In this document: piece by piece, positions 62,175 through 64,000 of the stretch
Layout: each line of letters starts with the position of its first letter
How positions within the stretch are numbered: position 1 is the first letter of the stretch
Program-made: the position numbers and the translations under genes
NCBI GenBank assembly: GCA_049437325.1
Contig: JBMTIM010000004.1
Coordinates: forward strand, 13,983 to 77,982
Length of the DNA stretch: 64,000 bases
DNA from: Acidimicrobiales bacterium
GTDB taxonomy: Bacteria > Actinomycetota > Acidimicrobiia > Acidimicrobiales > Aldehydirespiratoraceae
Direction: 5' to 3'
The notes under the pieces: generated by a model
The model's input: only the letters and a program-made list of their open reading frames with translations
Databases searched by the model: none
What the model was told of the DNA's origin: nothing

Positions 62175-63787
62175 GTGACGTCAGCCATGAGGATCGGTGG
62201 GTTGTGGAGGTGGGTGATCGACGGACTCGATCCCACCACGTCACTCGCCATCTCGAGCGCGTCCTGCATCGTGGAGGCGGGTTGGAAGCCGAGACGCCGC
62301 ACCGATCGGGGATGGCCGCCGACGATGATGACGCGACCGAGCCACTGCAGTGCGTGAGCGCCCCAGTACCACATGTAGAACGGGTGTACCCCGTGGTAGG
62401 CGTAGCTCGTCCGATAGAGGTGGATGTACCACTCGTCTTCTGCGAACTGCTTCTCGTACTTCTGCTCGAGTTCGACTGGATCGGTCGTCTCGGCGAGCAA
62501 CTGCTCGAAGAAGTCGATGTAGCTGGGATGATGGACCGGATGAAATTCCCATGGGGTGGGGTGGCTCATGATGAGCACACCGCCCTCTCGGACCAGCGGC
62601 TTTCCCCGGTACATGTTGAAGAAGTAGCCGAGCCCGAGGCACATCACGAGGATCGGGTTCATGACCGAGTTGACGTTGTAGGGGCAGATGTAGGGAAGGC
62701 CGAAGGTGAGGACGTCGGTCTGCCCCTCGACGGGGACGAGATGCTGTTTGAAGCAGTGCTCGAGAGTGACCTCGTGCACCGACTCGACGTTGCCCGCCTG
62801 CACGGACGTGAGTTCGTACGGTGCCTTCCAGCTGTTGAAGATCTGGCGTCGAGCGCTCGACGGCATCACGTCGAGACCTTTTTTCATTCCCATGAACGTG
62901 GCCCGGTCTCGGGCCGTCCACTCCCACTCACGCTTCTGCAGGACCGACAGGGGACCGTCGTAGCCGAACGTGTTGTTGTTGATGGTGGTCTCGATCTGGA
63001 AGATCCGAGGGCCGTGGTTCTTGATGACCTCCCCCTGGCGCCAGTTGCTGTGATGGAGTTCTGAGCTGTGGCGATCCATGAAACTCTTGGATTCGCGCAT
63101 CGTTGCCACATTGTGGTGGTGACGGATACCCGAGTACCCCGAGAGGCCGGTCGCGGTGCTCTTCCAACCGCCGTCCATCGACACGATGTTGAGGTTCACA
63201 TAGACGACAAGGTCTGACTCGGCAGCTCGCTTGTTCATGGTGACCTGCTCGTCGTGACGGGTCAGGCCCAGCTCGACCATGCCGTCGGGGTCCTCGGCGT
63301 CGTGGTTGTAGAGCGCCCCCTGGGGCGCAAACGCGTCATAGACGCGATCGCCGAGTGCGTGACGCAACTCGTCCTCGGTCATCCGACGGTGAAGTGCGAG
63401 CGCTGCGATCAGGTGCACGTCGTCGACGCCGGCTGCTGCGGCCATGTCGAGCACCTGCTCGATGATGCGTTGCCGGATGTCGGGCTTGCGCATCGATGGG
63501 AGCGGCAGCGACAGGTCGTCGAACGCAATCGTGAGCTTCATGCCGGGCTTCAGCAGCGACGGCAAGGGATCGTCGTCGATCGGGTTGAGCAGCGCGTCTC
63601 GGATCGAGCCCTCGGGATCGGGAAGTCCGGGCAACGGTTCGGCCGGGTAGATCACCCGGGTTCGGTCGGCCGGGAGCTTCTCGAGCCGGAAGTTGTCGCC
63701 GTGGTGGAACAGGATCGGTGGCGTTTGCCGGTCGACGTTCAGAACGAAGCCGGGACGGGGCGCTTGGCGGCGGGGATCAGTGGCCAT
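62171..63787 (-). CDS. LarA-like (lactate racemase N-terminal domain, DUF2088) protein, 538 aa
   Basis: DDLSLPLP, IAALALHRRMTEDE, and GGWKSTATGLSGYSGIRHHHN resembling the LarA Lys/His cofactor-binding segment. AGGAG upstream of the ATG at 63787. Confidence 0.7.
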   Translation of the reverse strand: MATDPRRQAPRPGFVLNVDRQTPPILFHHGDNFRLEKLPADRTRVIYPAEPLPGLPDPEGSIRDALLNPIDDDPLPSLLKPGMKLTIAFDDLSLPLPSMRKPDIRQRIIEQVLDMAAAAGVDDVHLIAALALHRRMTEDELRHALGDRVYDAFAPQGALYNHDAEDPDGMVELGLTRHDEQVTMNKRAAESDLVVYVNLNIVSMDGGWKSTATGLSGYSGIRHHHNVATMRESKSFMDRHSSELHHSNWRQGEVIKNHGPRIFQIETTINNNTFGYDGPLSVLQKREWEWTARDRATFMGMKKGLDVMPSSARRQIFNSWKAPYELTSVQAGNVESVHEVTLEHCFKQHLVPVEGQTDVLTFGLPYICPYNVNSVMNPILVMCLGLGYFFNMYRGKPLVREGGVLIMSHPTPWEFHPVHHPSYIDFFEQLLAETTDPVELEQKYEKQFAEDEWYIHLYRTSYAYHGVHPFYMWYWGAHALQWLGRVIIVGGHPRSVRRLGFQPASTMQDALEMASDVVGSSPSITHLHNPPILMADVT

Positions 63788-63811
63788 GGGACAACACTCC
63801 TGTGGGCCGGC

Positions 63812-64000
63812 TCAGCCGGCTCGCTGCTTTCGCACGGGACCTCGCAAGGTGCGAGGGCCGATGGGGATGACGCGGTTGGGTGCGCCGGCGGACTTCGACC
63901 AGTGCTCGATCAGCCAGCCGCGCCGACGGGCGATGGTCGCAAGTTTGGTCTCGGCGTTGACTGCGACGGGAAAACCCACTGCCTCCAGCATCGGGAGATC
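63812..64000 (-). CDS. HAD-IB family hydrolase (SerB-like), C-terminal fragment cut by the window edge
   Basis: Translation [34 protein letters not shown]... matches HAD motif IV and the tail of HAD-IB phosphatases. Stop TGA at 63814-63812. Confidence 0.6.
   Translation of the reverse strand, partial: DLPMLEAVGFPVAVNAETKLATIARRRGWLIEHWSKSAGAPNRVIPIGPRTLRGPVRKQRAG

Noticed and set aside
1-64000. Scan for CRISPR arrays, IS/transposase genes, integrases, toxin-antitoxin pairs and known defence-system signatures.
   Set aside because: No regularly spaced direct repeats, no transposase or recombinase motifs, and no nuclease/ATPase defence architectures were seen. The only helicases are canonical DEAD-box RNA helicases, and the only methyltransferase is solitary.

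Overview
High-GC, densely coding chromosomal core segment with actinobacterial-type synteny and signals. It holds about 60 protein genes, 3 tRNAs and one 6C-like small RNA. I found no CRISPR array, IS element, integrase or recognisable defence island. Left third: the conserved block recA-miaB-miaA-dapF-hflX, then dapC-dapD-dapE (the succinylase lysine branch), lexA with a divergent LysM gene, and class II ribonucleotide reductase nrdJ. Middle: an alkyl-sulfatase, a four-gene CoA-dependent gamma-butyrobetaine/L-carnitine cluster (carnitine dehydrogenase-thioesterase, acyl-CoA dehydrogenase, ADP-forming CoA synthetase, CaiD), glcDEF plus an FMN 2-hydroxyacid oxidase, gpgS, an L,D-transpeptidase, lgt, a minimal adenylate cyclase translationally coupled to an alkyltransferase-like (ATL) protein, a DEAD-box helicase, an orphan N6-adenine DNA methyltransferase, metX and an Fpg/Nei glycosylase. 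Right third: tRNA-Gly, then tRNA-Cys and tRNA-Val, chorismate mutase, an AceK homolog, citrate synthase, a carboxyltransferase, a LysR regulator, a truncated Hsp70-like membrane protein, and a HAD / LarA-like / PlsC operon. The most interesting non-obvious signals are regulatory. (1) A Cheo-type LexA regulon is visible directly in the DNA: perfect CGAAC-N4-GTTCG boxes at recA, four tandem boxes between lexA and the LysM gene, and one box centred on the start codon of an uncharacterised 77-aa ORF. (2) An identical 13-mer, TGTCACACCCCCT, sits upstream of recA and of the LysM gene with RecA-NDp/PafBC-like geometry. (3) A 22-bp long-range helix encloses about 96 nt in the nrdJ leader. (4) A C-rich-loop sRNA with a strong terminator lies upstream of the Hsp70-like gene. 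(5) A sulfotransferase gene has its conserved N-terminal motif upstream of any canonical start codon, with a CTGA junction to gltA. All functional calls rest on by-eye motif recognition. No database searches were run.
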